Shown in pieces: positions 50,401-62,363 of a stretch of 64,000 nucleotides of DNA (positions are counted from its first letter, which is position 1; each line of letters starts with the position of its first letter). The position numbers were made by a program, and so were the translations under genes. This DNA is from Balanoglossus misakiensis (lineage: Eukaryota; Animalia; Hemichordata), in NCBI GenBank assembly GCA_040954595.2, contig CM082594.2, positions 3,457,319 through 3,521,318 of the forward strand, read 5' to 3'. The notes below the pieces were generated by a model, which was given only the letters and a program-made list of their open reading frames with translations, was not told where the DNA came from and did not search any database.

Positions 50401-53400
50401 GATACACACCTTTCCTTCCCTGTCTTTGTCCCGGTCTCTGTGTCGGTCTTTATCACGATGCCTCCTCTCCCGGTCGCGATCTCTGTCGCGATCTTTCTTC
50501 TCATCTTTATTCTTGTCATCTTTCTCCCTTTCTCGGTCTTTACTTCGCTCCCTGTCTTTGCCCCTGTCTCTGCTTCGGTCTCTGTCCTTCTCTTTATCCC
50601 TGCTGGCTGACCTCTTGCGATCCTGCGATTTCAGAACACAGAATGCATTTGTACACCACACAGGGCTGCTGAGGTTGAAAGGTTAAGTAGTCTGCCCAAC
50701 TTCATCTTGATTTTTAAAACACCCACAGACCAATAACTAGTGAGGGCAGATGTGTGACTTTATCATCAAAGCATGCATTTCAATTAGTCTCTTGGCTGTT
50801 TCCTTTCCATTCTGTCAATCGACAGTTTAAAATGTACTTAATATCATTATGACTCAGCTTTTTTTTTTCCATAAAGAACAGGATCTTAAAATAGCACAGC
50901 ATCAATTAATTCACCATGAAAGATGTGATCTGTAACAATGTTGTGCTTTTCCTTATTTTTGTGTGGAAACTGCTGATGAAATTCTCTACCCTGTAACATG
51001 TTTGATTTACGTGCCAAAGAAAATTCACTGAACCAAAATTCAGGGTCAGAGACATTATTCAGTACGAGTCTGACTACATTTAGTGTTACATGTATTTGAA
51101 AATTCCACAAGTGTCCTTTTACTTGCATTAAACGAAATTCAACAAATGACCAAGTTCTCCTGTTATCCTTTGGCTAAAGACAATCTGCCAAGAAGTTCAC
51201 ATAAACCTAACTTTTATCTACCTCTCTGTCTTTATGTCTGTCTCTTTTTCGTTCTTTTTCACCTCCTTCTTCTTCTTGACTTTTACTGCTCTTCGGTTCA
51301 TCTTTTTCACCCTTTGGAGGTTTTTCTGAGCTGGGTTTCGATGAGCCGGGCTTCTCGCCTTTCAACACCCTTTGGACAGCGTCTTTGCTATCCATCTGAA
51401 AATTACGAAGCAAATAGTCAAACCAAAAGCCTTTTATTTTTTAAATACATTTTTCACAACACATTAAATTTATTCTAGTATAATACTCAAAGTTGCTGCA
51501 TCCTTGATATCTTTCCGTGGCATCTTGGACCACTGCAGTGAGACTGTCATGATTTTGATATCATGTGTATTTGGGTAATGTTGCAGTATGTGAACTGTAA
51601 CTACCCTCTACAATTCTAAAATGGAGACACAGGAGAAACACTTTAACACTTAAAAAGTCTGAAACAGCGAATTGCAGATTGTTGACCATGAATGACATCT
51701 TGCTGCACACTTTACCTTTTTAGAGATAGCCATTGCTATGGCCTGTAAAAATTCATTAGTTTTTTCTGGTTCATGACCAGCAACTATTTTGGATGGACGG
51801 ACTGTTAAATCTTCACCTGTGACCATTGCTGTAGCAAGAAAAGTACATGTACGTAAGAATAAAAAAATCCAATTTATTAGGCACAAATATACACATACAT
51901 GTTGGTGTGGCTTTACACAGCAATTTTGGCCAAATTTTACACTTTCAAAGAAGTGGGTTTTCTCATGCTCACACACTTACGGTAACACATCTTTATGATA
52001 CATTAGGCAATCAGAAACCTCTCTTTAACATACATCCATTGCCATGTCAGACTGTTACTGTTTCTTTATTACGCAAAATAGCATACTGCTGACATTTGTC
52101 TAACTTTTTCGCAAACTTTAAACAAATAAAACTTGGCTCATCTTTGGCCAAATTTACATGTTATTCTATATACATCATGCAACAAAACAGGGAAAGAAAG
52201 TCATCAAATTCTAAATTGGGCTTAAAGTACATGTACTAGTAATTTTCTTTTCATGATTTTAAACCTGACATTTCATGCAGTCATTTTTGAAAAACTTTAT
52301 CATTCATCTCTGTTTGACACATTGCTTAGGTTTTCAGTACACACATACAGAGTACTACATGTACTTACCAACAACATCAATGGCTTTTTGAAGGTATGCA
52401 AGTTTGCTTTCTTTATCCTGATAAGAAAGAGTGAGAAACAATCTATCAAGAATGGTCAGTTAAGACATATTCCCGTACTCTGAAATCAACACACAAACAA
52501 ACAAACATGCTCCTACAACCAGGAGAAGCTTTCAAGCAATTACAATTAATACTTTCTCAAATAGTTTTTCAAACTACATGTATAAATTATGTAAATTAGC
52601 CATCCTGCTTTCTTATTTACAACGCTTTTCTCAACACAACGCACAATGAAATTACCAGTTAGATGATAGAATGTTAAATGAGCTAAAAACCTAGCTGAAG
52701 TTGAGTAAGCCTACCGTTAGACCCAAAGCTGGAAACTGACTTTTTGATATCTACATGTGCATGACTGCATCATGTATATCTACTGACAGTACAATTGATT
52801 TGCATCAGCAGTAGACAGCCATACTCACCTTGCCAGCTGTCTGTGAATCCATTTCATCTTTTCCATATAATCCTTTCATAAAACCAGCTGTTTTGATTAC
52901 CTGTGTAATGAAAGACACTAAATGATGTAGTACATGTACTCATAATCAATGGCAGTGAAAATGGAGCAACTGTTTGAAAGTTGAAGTACTGAAGGAAGAG
53001 ACAAAATTCCAAGAGACTAGAGTGATACTTCATGCACCGTCATAAATAAGACGCATCGCCTGAATGGCAAACTCTTACTAGTTTACTAATGTTAGACCTG
53101 AAAAGCATTGGCAAATGCTGTGGGAAAAAAAAGTATCTTCAATCTCACTTAGCTATTTCCCTGGGAGGTAGGAAGTGTCTCATTCATCAATGACATAATC
53201 ACATTACCACCAATATGAATGACAAACTGATGTGTCAGTTACTAGTCGGTAATCACAATAAAAAGGTGTAACATCCTAACCATTAACTTATTAAAAGCTG
53301 GGTCTACAGACAAAAAAATCAAATTGCCCGAAAAGACATTTCAGATGACAACACAGGATTACGTGACCAGAAAATCTTGATGTTTAGTTTCCTTGGATAT

Positions 53401-53690
53401 GTTATCTCACTTGACGTTCAGGACTGCAGCCGACATCTGTAGTATAGAGCTCACAACTGAAGTTTTGGAAGGAAAACGAGAAATTTCCAATAATCCCAAA
53501 ACCATTATGATAAATTTGGCCGTACGGAAAAGTGGTTGCATAAATGCTGGAGAGAAATATACGTTACCTCAGAAATGACATCGTGGAGAAATCTGAATGG
53601 TGGTTTCTTCAAGAGCTTATCGGTCAACGGAGGTTTTTTGATGACTTTTCCCAAAGTTGCCTGAGTTTTCTTGACGAACGCATCAGCCAT
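38421..53690 (-). CDS. TRAF3IP1: TRAF3-interacting protein 1 / IFT54 (MIP-T3), IFT-B subunit, ~599 aa
   Basis: N-terminal CH domain [32 protein letters not shown] and [16 protein letters not shown], a K/R/D/E-rich middle, [14 protein letters not shown], and a C-terminal coiled coil [19 protein letters not shown]. Exons: 53690-53568, 52900-52829, 52417-52369, 51828-51716, 51395-51222, 50622-50410, 50167-50111, 48502-48488, 46170-46147, 44357-44273, 42547-42530, 41186-41027, 40689-40606, 40355-40244, 39781-39671, 39181-38955, 38583-38421 (sum 1,800 nt, in frame). Confidence 0.95.
39290..39471. mobile_element. Tc1/mariner-type MITE in TRAF3IP1 intron
   Basis: TA|CAGTCAAACC... at the left end and degenerate ...GGTTTAAGTG|TA at the right. 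It shares internal sequence with 26680-26810. Confidence 0.7.
42530..42547 (-). CDS. TRAF3IP1: TRAF3IP1 18-nt microexon (DSDSDG)
   Basis: ...ttgatttcactacAG|ATTCAGACAGTGATGGAG|GTATGT. Phase 1-1 fits the flanking exons. Confidence 0.7.
42749..42997. mobile_element. Internally deleted copy of the TTAA fold-back MITE
   Basis: TTAA|AGGGACAAAGTCTCTCTCTCGCTG ... AGACTTTGTCCCT|TTAA, with the same core aaaatgaataa...tattcattttg as 20242-20596. Confidence 0.85.
46147..46170 (-). CDS. TRAF3IP1: TRAF3IP1 24-nt microexon (DMGPPDRE)
   Basis: ...catttcttccatAG|GACATGGGACCTCCAGACAGAGAG|GTAGTT. Phase 0-0. Confidence 0.65.
46220..46533. mobile_element. 296-bp non-autonomous element, TAG...CTA termini, 9-bp TSD
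   Basis: caagtgcta|TAGCCTGGACCCAGCTGT ... ACAGCTGGGCCAGTCTA|caagtgcta. Element 46229-46524. Confidence 0.8.
48488..48502 (-). CDS. TRAF3IP1: TRAF3IP1 15-nt microexon (SDDDE)
   Basis: ...tttctcccgctatgtgccaatatctaaAG|AGCGATGATGATGAG|GTACAC. Phase 0-0; it continues the acidic NDNDEE of the preceding exon. Confidence 0.55.
49018..49227. mobile_element. TA-flanked MITE with ~27-bp TIRs
   Basis: TACTGTAACACACTTTATTTTCGCGAG ... CTCGCGAAAATAAAGTGTTTTACAGTA, with an internal ttttcgc sub-repeat. Confidence 0.8.
49578..49656. mobile_element. Tiny piggyBac-like element
   Basis: TTAA|CCCTTTC ... GAAAGGG|TTAA, 79 bp including TSDs. Confidence 0.55.
49852..49914. repeat. Perfect 23-bp inverted repeat with 17-nt loop (intronic hairpin)
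   Basis: CCAAGCAGAAAGGGGTCTTATGG / CCATAAGACCCCTTTCTGCTTGG. Confidence 0.9.
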
Positions 53691-53755
53691 GGTTTATCTT
53701 AGTTTTAAAACACCGTTGACACTTAAAATATATACAATTGAGCTAGAAGTTGTAT

Positions 53756-53770
53756 GTGTCCATTGGTAAC
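53756..53770 (-). promoter_or_regulatory. RFX X-box-like motif just upstream of the TRAF3IP1 ATG
   Basis: GTTACCAATGGACAC on the minus strand versus consensus GTNRCC(N0-3)RGYAAC. It lies 66-80 bp upstream of the ATG of a ciliary gene. A ZNF143-like CCCACAATGCA (~53821) and an NRF1-like GCGCCTGCGC (~54023) are nearby. Confidence 0.5.
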
Positions 53771-54299
53771 AGCATCGTTTGTACACCTCTGTTGTTTTCA
53801 CTGACGGACGGAATTTCTATCCCACAATGCATTAGCACCTCGATCTGGCATTACTGCATAGTGGGCGTTGAAATTCTCCCGAACTCGATATACTGCCTTC
53901 CTGTAGACTAAATTATTTGCTGATTCTAGTATATACGAACTAAAAGCAGAAAATTGTTGTTTTATGATGAAATTGACTGATTTATAAATTATTAGTAAGA
54001 ACGACCGCGAACGAGCCCAGTTGCGCCTGCGCGCACGAAACTTGCCGATGTAACCTTTGACCTTACAACCGGCTTTTGAAGTTGTGAGAATAGTATGTCC
54101 TGGTTACCCATGTAAACAAGCGTGTTTTCAGCTGTAAATGGTGTTTGTATGACTTCTGATTCATATCAACCGCATCTTATACCGATATTTCACTCCCCTG
54201 TTCTTTCTGTATATGCATCCCCGCTATGTTTAGCCTGTCAGATTCGATTATGGCGAGTGTCCCCGTCTGGACTGCTGCACCAGCAACACCGGGTCGTTG

Positions 54300-54337
54300 G
54301 TGTTTGCATGGAGGTACTAGTACCTCCATGGTGTTTG
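54300..54337. mobile_element. 24-bp perfect palindrome flanked by a 7-bp direct repeat (minimal element or excision footprint)
   Basis: gtgtttg|CATGGAGGTACTAGTACCTCCATG|gtgtttg. Confidence 0.6.
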
Positions 54338-54483
54338 GGTCATCGCACCCTGAAGTTGACTAGTGTACTCGCTACATGGGCGTACTCTAGTGCGCCCCAT
54401 GCTCAAAGCTCAAAAAGAAACACATAACACTGATGGGGTTCATTGCCTTTCGTCGAAATACATCCCTCCAACGACCATACAAA

Positions 54484-54625
54484 TGGAATAGCCTGCCTGC
54501 CACCGTTGTTAATGCCAATTCAGTAAATGCCTTCAAACATCAATACGACCGCCTACACAATGGTCCTAAAGGGATGTAATTATCCTAACCGGATATCTTA
54601 TCCCTCAACCAAACTGAACTGAACT
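54484..54625 (+). mobile_element. 3' remnant of a CR1/L2-group LINE
   Basis: Encodes WNSLPATVVNANSVNAFKHQYD...stop at 54579, the typical ORF2 C-terminal WNxLP...FK motif. A short UTR and an (AACTG)n tail follow. Confidence 0.7.
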
Positions 54626-55968
54626 ACATTGTACATGTACTTCCTTATTATCATGATTATGGTTTATCCAGTGACATTGGACGGTTGTGTCCGAAATAAA
54701 GATTAATAATTGGGAGGTCTTATGACCTCCCCAGGTCAGATGAAAGATCAATAACCGACAAACTTGCTGGTACAATTATGTTTTCTGTTGGTTGTTAATG
54801 AATATCAACCTTTACCTTGGACGCAAAATGCAACCGCAGAAATAAAGTACAACTTTGAGAAAGTCATTGTCACAAAAAAGCAGTCAGTGGAGTTTATGGC
54901 TTCATGTGCAATAGTGTGGAATAGCATGAGCATGAAATCACCAATGTCAACACTTCTGGTTATGCAACCCCAGGCAGAAGGTGTTCTCTGCACTTTGACA
55001 ACTATTCCAATCAGGTTTTAGTACTGCATGGTATTTCTTAACTTTCTTTCTCTAATTCTTAGTTGTAAAACAAAAACATGCTAATTTCTATGTGGACTAT
55101 AAATGTATGATTCAGAGATGTTGGCAACCCAGTTTCAAGACCAGACTCTATTCAGTTGACAATGATAGCACTGCACGTTGTGTAGGCTGACTTGACACAA
55201 ATGCATCACAAGTAATTGTATTTCAAGAAGTAGAATAAGAAACCAGCTAAGATCCACAAGACAACACCTGAAATACCTGCGTTATACGGCAAATTCCACC
55301 CCCATGATTCCCAATTCACATGTGGATAATGGATAATAATGCAAACACAAACAAATACACATCAAGCAAATAATGTAATAATTCAATACTTCTATTTATT
55401 TTACATGTGTGTTCACACCAAAAATACAGTACAGTTAATCAAGAAGTGCTGAATTCTCAAACTATCTTCTGTTGAACAGAACTATTAATGTTTGTATTTA
55501 CCAATACCTCTTGCAATATTGTTGCTTGCTTGCCAAGAAGCACATGGGGCTTTACCCACATGTGGCATTCAAATAATGATCACCATTTTGTTTGGAAACA
55601 ATTCTCTCTCCACAATACAAAACTGTCCAATGACAGTAGAACAGACATACAGCAAGTAAAACAATCGTGTAAGCAATATTTCAGACTGAAAATTGTTGAA
55701 TTCTGTTTTTTCTTTCTAAAATGACCTTTTAAACAATTCATGCAAGATATATTCACTGCAACCAGACGTTCATCACTCCATCATGAATTTTGACCGCACA
55801 TGCTTTTCTTTAATGCCTCTTAAAAACTGAAGCCAGGACAAGCTTATTTGTAGTACACTAACTCCCACCTGAACTGACATTGACATTTACAGTGATTCTA
55901 GTTTTACTGTCTGCAAGCAAATAACACAAAAATCACCAAACAAAGGCATGTTTGACTCTGGGGTGATT

Positions 55969-57784
55969 CTAAGGAAAGAAGTAAAATCTGGACCCATGCT
56001 TTGCTGGGGGTATATTTTCTGGTGGTCTCTCCAGGGGTGGTTCGTCCGGCTTGGGCCTGGTCTTGGGCCCAGGTAGTGGCCTCTCTGTTTTCACTATAGT
56101 TGTCTGAGAAGAAAAACAAAACAAAACTCTTCTTTAACATTGAACAACCATAACAATAATAGTAACATACAGATGTAACATACAGACTAATAAACAGATT
56201 GCAGAACATTATCAATTCATTGTGTATGGACAACACAATACAACATGTATTATGCTTATTACTAGATGCATTCACATACATTATTATGATTTGTTCCGCA
56301 ACTTGTTTAGTGCTGCAAACTTTGAATGGCCATGGCTCCGGCAAAGGAACTTGAAGTCACTGATGTACAATCAAAATAAATATGGCTCAATTTTAAGCAA
56401 ATATGCATTTTCCTCAGAGCAAGATGGTGAATTGAAAATACTACATACATTTGTACCATAAGAGCCTGGTCATGTACCAGACCCAGTTATGTAAATAACC
56501 TATCAAGCCAACCTTAACTTTCAATCAAATTGATCATGGACCACTTTGCGGATAGAATAACGCACAGGGTTGTGGGACAGTTTGCGTTCTGAGCGCGTGC
56601 GTTAGACATGTACTAGACACTATGTTGAACGCAAATTATACCATCATGCATTGCAGATACCCTATCCGCGAAGTGGTCTATGTCTGCTTCCATTACCTTG
56701 GTGAGTTCTCCAAGATCGGGTCTGACCCATCCCAGGTTTTCGAAGACGCAGTTGTCAAACTTGGTCTGCTCCTTCCTGCACCACTTGTACTTCTGTTGGT
56801 TCTTATCAAGACATGTCCAGTACGCAGTGAAGGACTCACTGCAGTGGGTCTTGATCGTCTTCAGGAATTCGACAGCGCAGCTGCTGACAGCTCTGCCCTC
56901 TTTTAGACACTTGCGGGGATCATCTTCTTCATGTCTACACAACATGAATTCCTAAGAAGAAGAACGTGCAACAAAATAAAACTGCCAGCCTAGAAATGTT
57001 TGCACAATTTCATTTTATTATTTCCCTGATGTCAAAAACGATACTCTCCAATCTCCATGATAGATTTTACATGTCACGAGTATAAAGCAATGTCTGATGT
57101 TCATCTAGGAAGTCTTTTTTCCTGTTTTCATAATCAAGCTAATATAGAAATATGTGGTTGAACTATATCACGTGTGTGTACATGTACATATCAAATCAGC
57201 CTCAAGGTCCATCTCCGGTGAATCTCGGGATGTTGTCTGAACAGATGAATAAGTTTATATTTTCGCATCCTGCTACGTTTGCTGAGAGCATGTTTTTTTG
57301 TTCGTTAGTCTGTAAATCGTGAGAAGATACATATACTGTAACATGACTCGCAAAACTTCCTTTTGCTTATATTTTGATCTCTCGCTTTTATTATTCCGGC
57401 GGGGGTACACCACTGATGCCAGTGGACTACGTGACTATTGGTACTGCTTTAGTTTTGCCAATGACTATGTGGGTCGCTGCGCATCAACCAGCATGTTATC
57501 TTTCGGTTTGGTAAGCGCAAATATTTCATTTATAATTGAAAACATTTCAGAGAGCGATAATGAACAGCGACAGTAAGTTTCGAGCACTTCGTAGCAAGCA
57601 AACTCTGGGCGACCTCTGCGGTGGCCGACGACAGAGGTCAATTGTGCAGACGACTGCTCACCTTATTAGGTTTATCGCACTGTCGTCCGTAGTGGTGAGC
57701 TCCCGCCTTCAGCACAGCCGATGTGACTGGCACAACTGGCGTGTTCAGGTCTTCATAACTAGGCAATTCATGAACGCCCGGCAT
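55969..57784 (-). CDS. NDUFA8: NADH dehydrogenase [ubiquinone] 1 alpha subcomplex subunit 8, 170 aa
   Basis: Exons 57784-57662 ([13 protein letters not shown]...[18 protein letters not shown]), 56951-56697 ([19 protein letters not shown]... CX9C motifs ...[13 protein letters not shown]) and 56103-55969 (VKTERPLP...[12 protein letters not shown]). Confidence 0.97.
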
Positions 57785-57843
57785 GGTGAAACACAGTTAC
57801 TTTTCTGCAAAGTGTTTCACTGCAGCCGAAACTTGGGCTTTTC

Positions 57844-57853
57844 AATATGGCGT
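57844..57853 (+). promoter_or_regulatory. YY1-like motif near the NDUFA8 start
   Basis: AATATGGCGT about 60 bp upstream of the ATG. Motif match only. Confidence 0.3.
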
Positions 57854-58691
57854 CAGTGCAATCACGCGAGATCTCATAACTACTGTAATTCCAAGAGGGC
57901 GCTATAACTGGCCGGGGTGCATTTCAGTCATCCCATTCATAGCACAGTGATGTATAGGGCAATTAGTTTTCCAAAATTGTGGTATATCAGAAGTTTTTTA
58001 AAATGCAGATTTGCATAAAAATACCAAAATTATTATCTTTCCAAAGGAAACCAAAAAGAAATGTATCTGCATGTAAACACCCCCAAAACTGCACATCTTG
58101 TTTCTTTGCATTCACTTTTAAAACATGTACAGCGTATATTCAATTTGTAAGCATACTTTGCATAGCATTCATAGACATGAGAGTGTTTTAAACTACGTGC
58201 ACATCGTTTTATAACAACATTGCTGGCCTACAATGGGTAATGTTGTCCATTTCAAAAATTTAAGTGACTTGATTCATTGCTCATATGTTGCAGTCACTCA
58301 AACCAGATCATACATGCACAACTTAAGCTGAAAACAATTCACGACTAGACCACTCTGAAAATGTTCTTTCCTTTATTTAACAAAAATAATTTCTATTTTA
58401 ACTGCTGATATGCTAAAAACGTAAGCCTAGAACTGTGCTCATGTAAAGTATGTAAATCCCACAATGCATTTTTGTTTCAATTCAGGCCCATTGTTTTTGA
58501 AGGGGACAATCCCCTTCCAGACCATCTTCATAGAGCCACATAAATACAATGGTACAATGTGTGTTTGTGTTCTCAGATATATTGCTTGCACTTGACTTCA
58601 ATTGATATAACCACTTGGCCGCAGTCATTACTCTGCCTTTAATAAGCACAAATAAATGCTTCCTCCATTTCAATAATAATGCAGCCAACAG

Positions 58692-61600
58692 TCACTTGAC
58701 ACTGCATTTTTCTTTGAGCAGTTCTGTCACTTTGTTTACCACCTGAGGATGTGTGAGACACTCCACCAACATTTCAAGACTTGGGTCACGGAAAGTTTCC
58801 TTCGTCTCCTCCTGCTCTCGGTCCTTGTCTGCACAAGCAACTGATTCACACTCATGCTCCTCTGCTTTTCCAAATGGCGGTGAGCGTTCGACAAACGCCA
58901 GAAATCGACTTTTCAACCAGTCAGCATCATCAAGTTCAGCTGAATCACGCCTCATCACCTCTGTTTGCTTGCTGTTTTCTTCTCTAGTCATTCCCTCTGC
59001 TGAGGTTTTCCGCTTCTTCCTGCAGGGTCCTGAACTCTCCCCACTCCCACCACTGCGATGGTACTGCCCTTTCTGATCAGCTTCCTTCAGCTTCTTCACA
59101 GTCGCTTGCAAGTACTGGATGTTGACATCAGGTTGTGTCAATTCCTGCGGTTAAACGATACACAGTTAAGCTCATGGTATCTCACTTTTGTTTTCTACAA
59201 ACACATCACAACACAACACAACAGTTCAAACATACAGATTGGTTTGAAAACACATCACATCTAGGTTGTATTTTGTGTTCCAATTTTGCATACAATTGTT
59301 TGGGGAAAAAGTTTCATGATCAAAATACATGTAGCTATTAGCAGGAATTTAAGCTGATATACGATGCGGGGTCACATCATGAATCTCAGATAAAAATCAT
59401 TCCTATCAGCATTGCAATTTTCACTAGCAAAGCATCAACTAAATTCATATTCAGTCATGGCTCATGGTTTCTTTCACTGTTTTTCTCTACAAACACAACA
59501 CCACACTTCAAACATACACATTAATTGGCATTGGGAATACACTATGTTGTATTCCAGATTTTTTTTTAGAAAATTGGTTAATTTTCATACTCAAAATAGC
59601 TTTTATCCTGATGACTTCTACAGCTACAGGAATCTGTGTTCATTTACAATGCGTTACATTATGAATCTCAGATGAAAATGATCATTCCTTTCATCATTGC
59701 AATTTTCACCAAAATAGCATCCACTAAATTTTCCCCACACATTTATAATTGTTTTTATGGTAAAAATAACCTCAGGAAGTAATAAGCTCAAATTACAAAT
59801 GGATTCAGAGTTCCAATCCTAATACCTCAGTAGGGTTTAGCCATGGACATGTGCCACCTTCATCAGTTATTTGAGATAACATATTACAAGTCACCGTCCT
59901 TGTGATGGCCTCTTCAACTCTTGTGTGGTCATCCACATCCTTCAACAGAAAAGAAAAGAAAGATCAAAACCCTTCAAGGAAAATGGTACAATTGCAGAAG
60001 TAGCTAAGGCCTCACGATGGAAAATGATCATCTTGAGTTTCAAATTTCACATTCAATGAAGTTCCTCATTCTTGACTACCGGTAAACTTTAAATTTTTGT
60101 CCTATAAATATAAATTCTTGTTCAGAACAGAATATGTAGATTATGTCATAAAGCAAAAAGCATTGTGACAAATAAGATGTGCAAAGTAATTGTCTATGAG
60201 GTACTACTGTAATCTCCCCAGACAGTTCAGCACATTTTATCTACCGCATCTGAAATTCTCTCTCAATAGTATTATACTGATGTCAACCAGACTATCGGTA
60301 GGACAATTAACACACGGATGGATGGATATATCATATTTATCTCTTTCAGAGGCAATTTGTCAGGAAAGGTTATTTTTCGCAACCCAGCAATGTTGTAAAT
60401 CCCACGTTGACAAACTTGGGGTGTAATCACCCCCATCTGGGATAGTGTTTCTAGACCCCATGTCCTCTGATGTGATTATACACTGGGTAAATCCTAACAC
60501 ATTTTTGCTACATTTCATCTCTACTTAGAGGTATTATGTGCGCATGCACATATAAACAAACCAGTTCAATCCATGAATTGATGCTGATTGCCGGCGTTCT
60601 GCATTCCACGTAATGCCACCAGTGCCAGGGAACGTACAGCACATCTCCCGGTTCCAGGGTCACTATGTACGGAGTGGCGTTGTGAAATTTCGGGAATCTC
60701 TGCAAATCCGGATTCTTGACGTTGACCTGGCTGAAGACACTGGATTCCTCGTACGGAATTCTTGTGGGGTACAGCATGGGTGTCTGGTCAGGTGGGAATA
60801 AATACCATTGCTTTCTGAAATAAGGTTAAAATCATAGGGTAGTTATATGATGTGGATTTTGGGATTATAACTACATACATATATATAGGGAAATAGGCGG
60901 GATGGCATGGGGGTTGGCAGATGAAAGGATATATTTTGTAGAATTTGAAAAAAAAGATAAAACTTGTATTAAAGGAGTTCAGAATCTATTTCTTCATCAT
61001 TTTTTGATATCAAGAATTAAGTAAACAATCAACACTACCATATCCTAGAAGCACTTTATAATATACTCACTCTCCACAGATTTGGACCACCAAATTACAT
61101 CCATAGGTATCGTAGTGGCATGGTGTGTGGGAGCCCTCACTGCCAATCCACAGCGTGCTCTGTGTACCATCTCTGCCTTGGAAACCAAAATCACTCCATC
61201 TCACTGCCTACACAGGGGTCAGAGGGCAAAATTTAGTATCTCCACAACTGATATAGTCAACAAGACCCAGCCTTTAATATGGCCTGCTGTTTCATACATT
61301 TATAGTTATACTCATACTGCTATACCATACATATATACAGATGCATTATATAGTACAGCAAGCAGTTTTATACTAAGACATGTCATATTAGCAAACTGAA
61401 CGGAAAAAAACCCATCAAAACACACTGGACAGGCAAAATTTGGTTGTTTGCCAAAAACTTGATATGCATCATGACAGCACTGCAACTTACTTCTAATATA
61501 TCTGTTTTGCCTTGGAAAATCTGTGACATATGTTTGTAGTCTGCATAACACCAACTGTCTGTGGATTCAAAATCTTTCAGTGGGTTATCTTCACTGAGAT

Positions 61601-62363
61601 TCTGCGTCGCTGCATTCAGCCAATCACGGAACTGCTGGAGTGTAGCATCTCTATAGCAACAGTCTGTCTCCCACAATACACCTGGATGCAACATGTTCAG
61701 AGATACTGTCACACACATGCCAAAGTTTATACACAGAATGACTGTATATCTCTGTCACTTTGTGTGACATGGATATAGTCATTTCAGCAAATTTCTATTC
61801 TTTAACAATATGAAATCTTATGGTACCTGGTCACTTCATCCCCGAACCAAATTTGCTTATGACATAACTACACTCCACCATCTCCAAAACCATTCAAATT
61901 ACAAGCTCAAATGGGACAGATTTCTCCTAAGTCAGTTGTCAACTTGGTTTTGAAATATATTGGTACTGTACAAGGAAAGGGGGAGCAACTCTTAAAATTC
62001 AAACCTATGTATGGCGAATTCTTTCAGACCTTGCAGTGATCTGACACTGATGCCTAGCCTCTATTATAGAGTGCTCATCAAATACATGTCCTCAAGTAGT
62101 AAGTACCACACATCGCAATTCCAAGAGATATACTGGGTCAGTTTTCAAGCAGTAATATGCATTAAATTTTTACCATGTTGACTCCAACTTCTTGGTCCTA
62201 TTCTGAACTTCAGTTGCTGACTCCCTAACACGTCAGCCAGGGATGGGATTGTCCAGTTCATACACGGCCAGTCGGATACCATGTCTTTAAACACCACCGG
62301 GAGTGCCAGTGTCTTCATCACCAGGCTATTGGCAACATCGGGGGGAAACGGTTTCTTGCTCAT
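58692..62363 (-). CDS. HSPBAP1: HSPB1-associated protein 1 (JmjC/cupin-like 2-OG oxygenase family), ~445 aa
   Basis: Exons 62363-62174, 61681-61491 (WCYADYKHM), 61207-61071 (STLWIGSEGSHTPCHYDTYGCNLV, HxD), 60814-60562 (YPTRIPYEESSVFS...LEPGDVLYVPWHWWHYVE), 59939-59826 (RVEEAITR...WLNPTE) and 59144-58692. Phases are consistent. An acceptor just before the ATG suggests an upstream non-coding exon. Confidence 0.93.
59170..59730. repeat. Diverged ~290-bp tandem duplication in the last HSPBAP1 intron
   Basis: ctcatggt..ttttct(ct)acaaacac..ttcaaacatac..atgaatctcagat..cattgcaattttcac..agcatc.actaaatt occurs at ~59170-59445 and again at ~59460-59730. Confidence 0.75.

Noticed and set aside
50391-50686. 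SR-rich or Cys-rich + strand ORFs
   Set aside because: They are antisense to the R/D/K/E-rich TRAF3IP1 exon.
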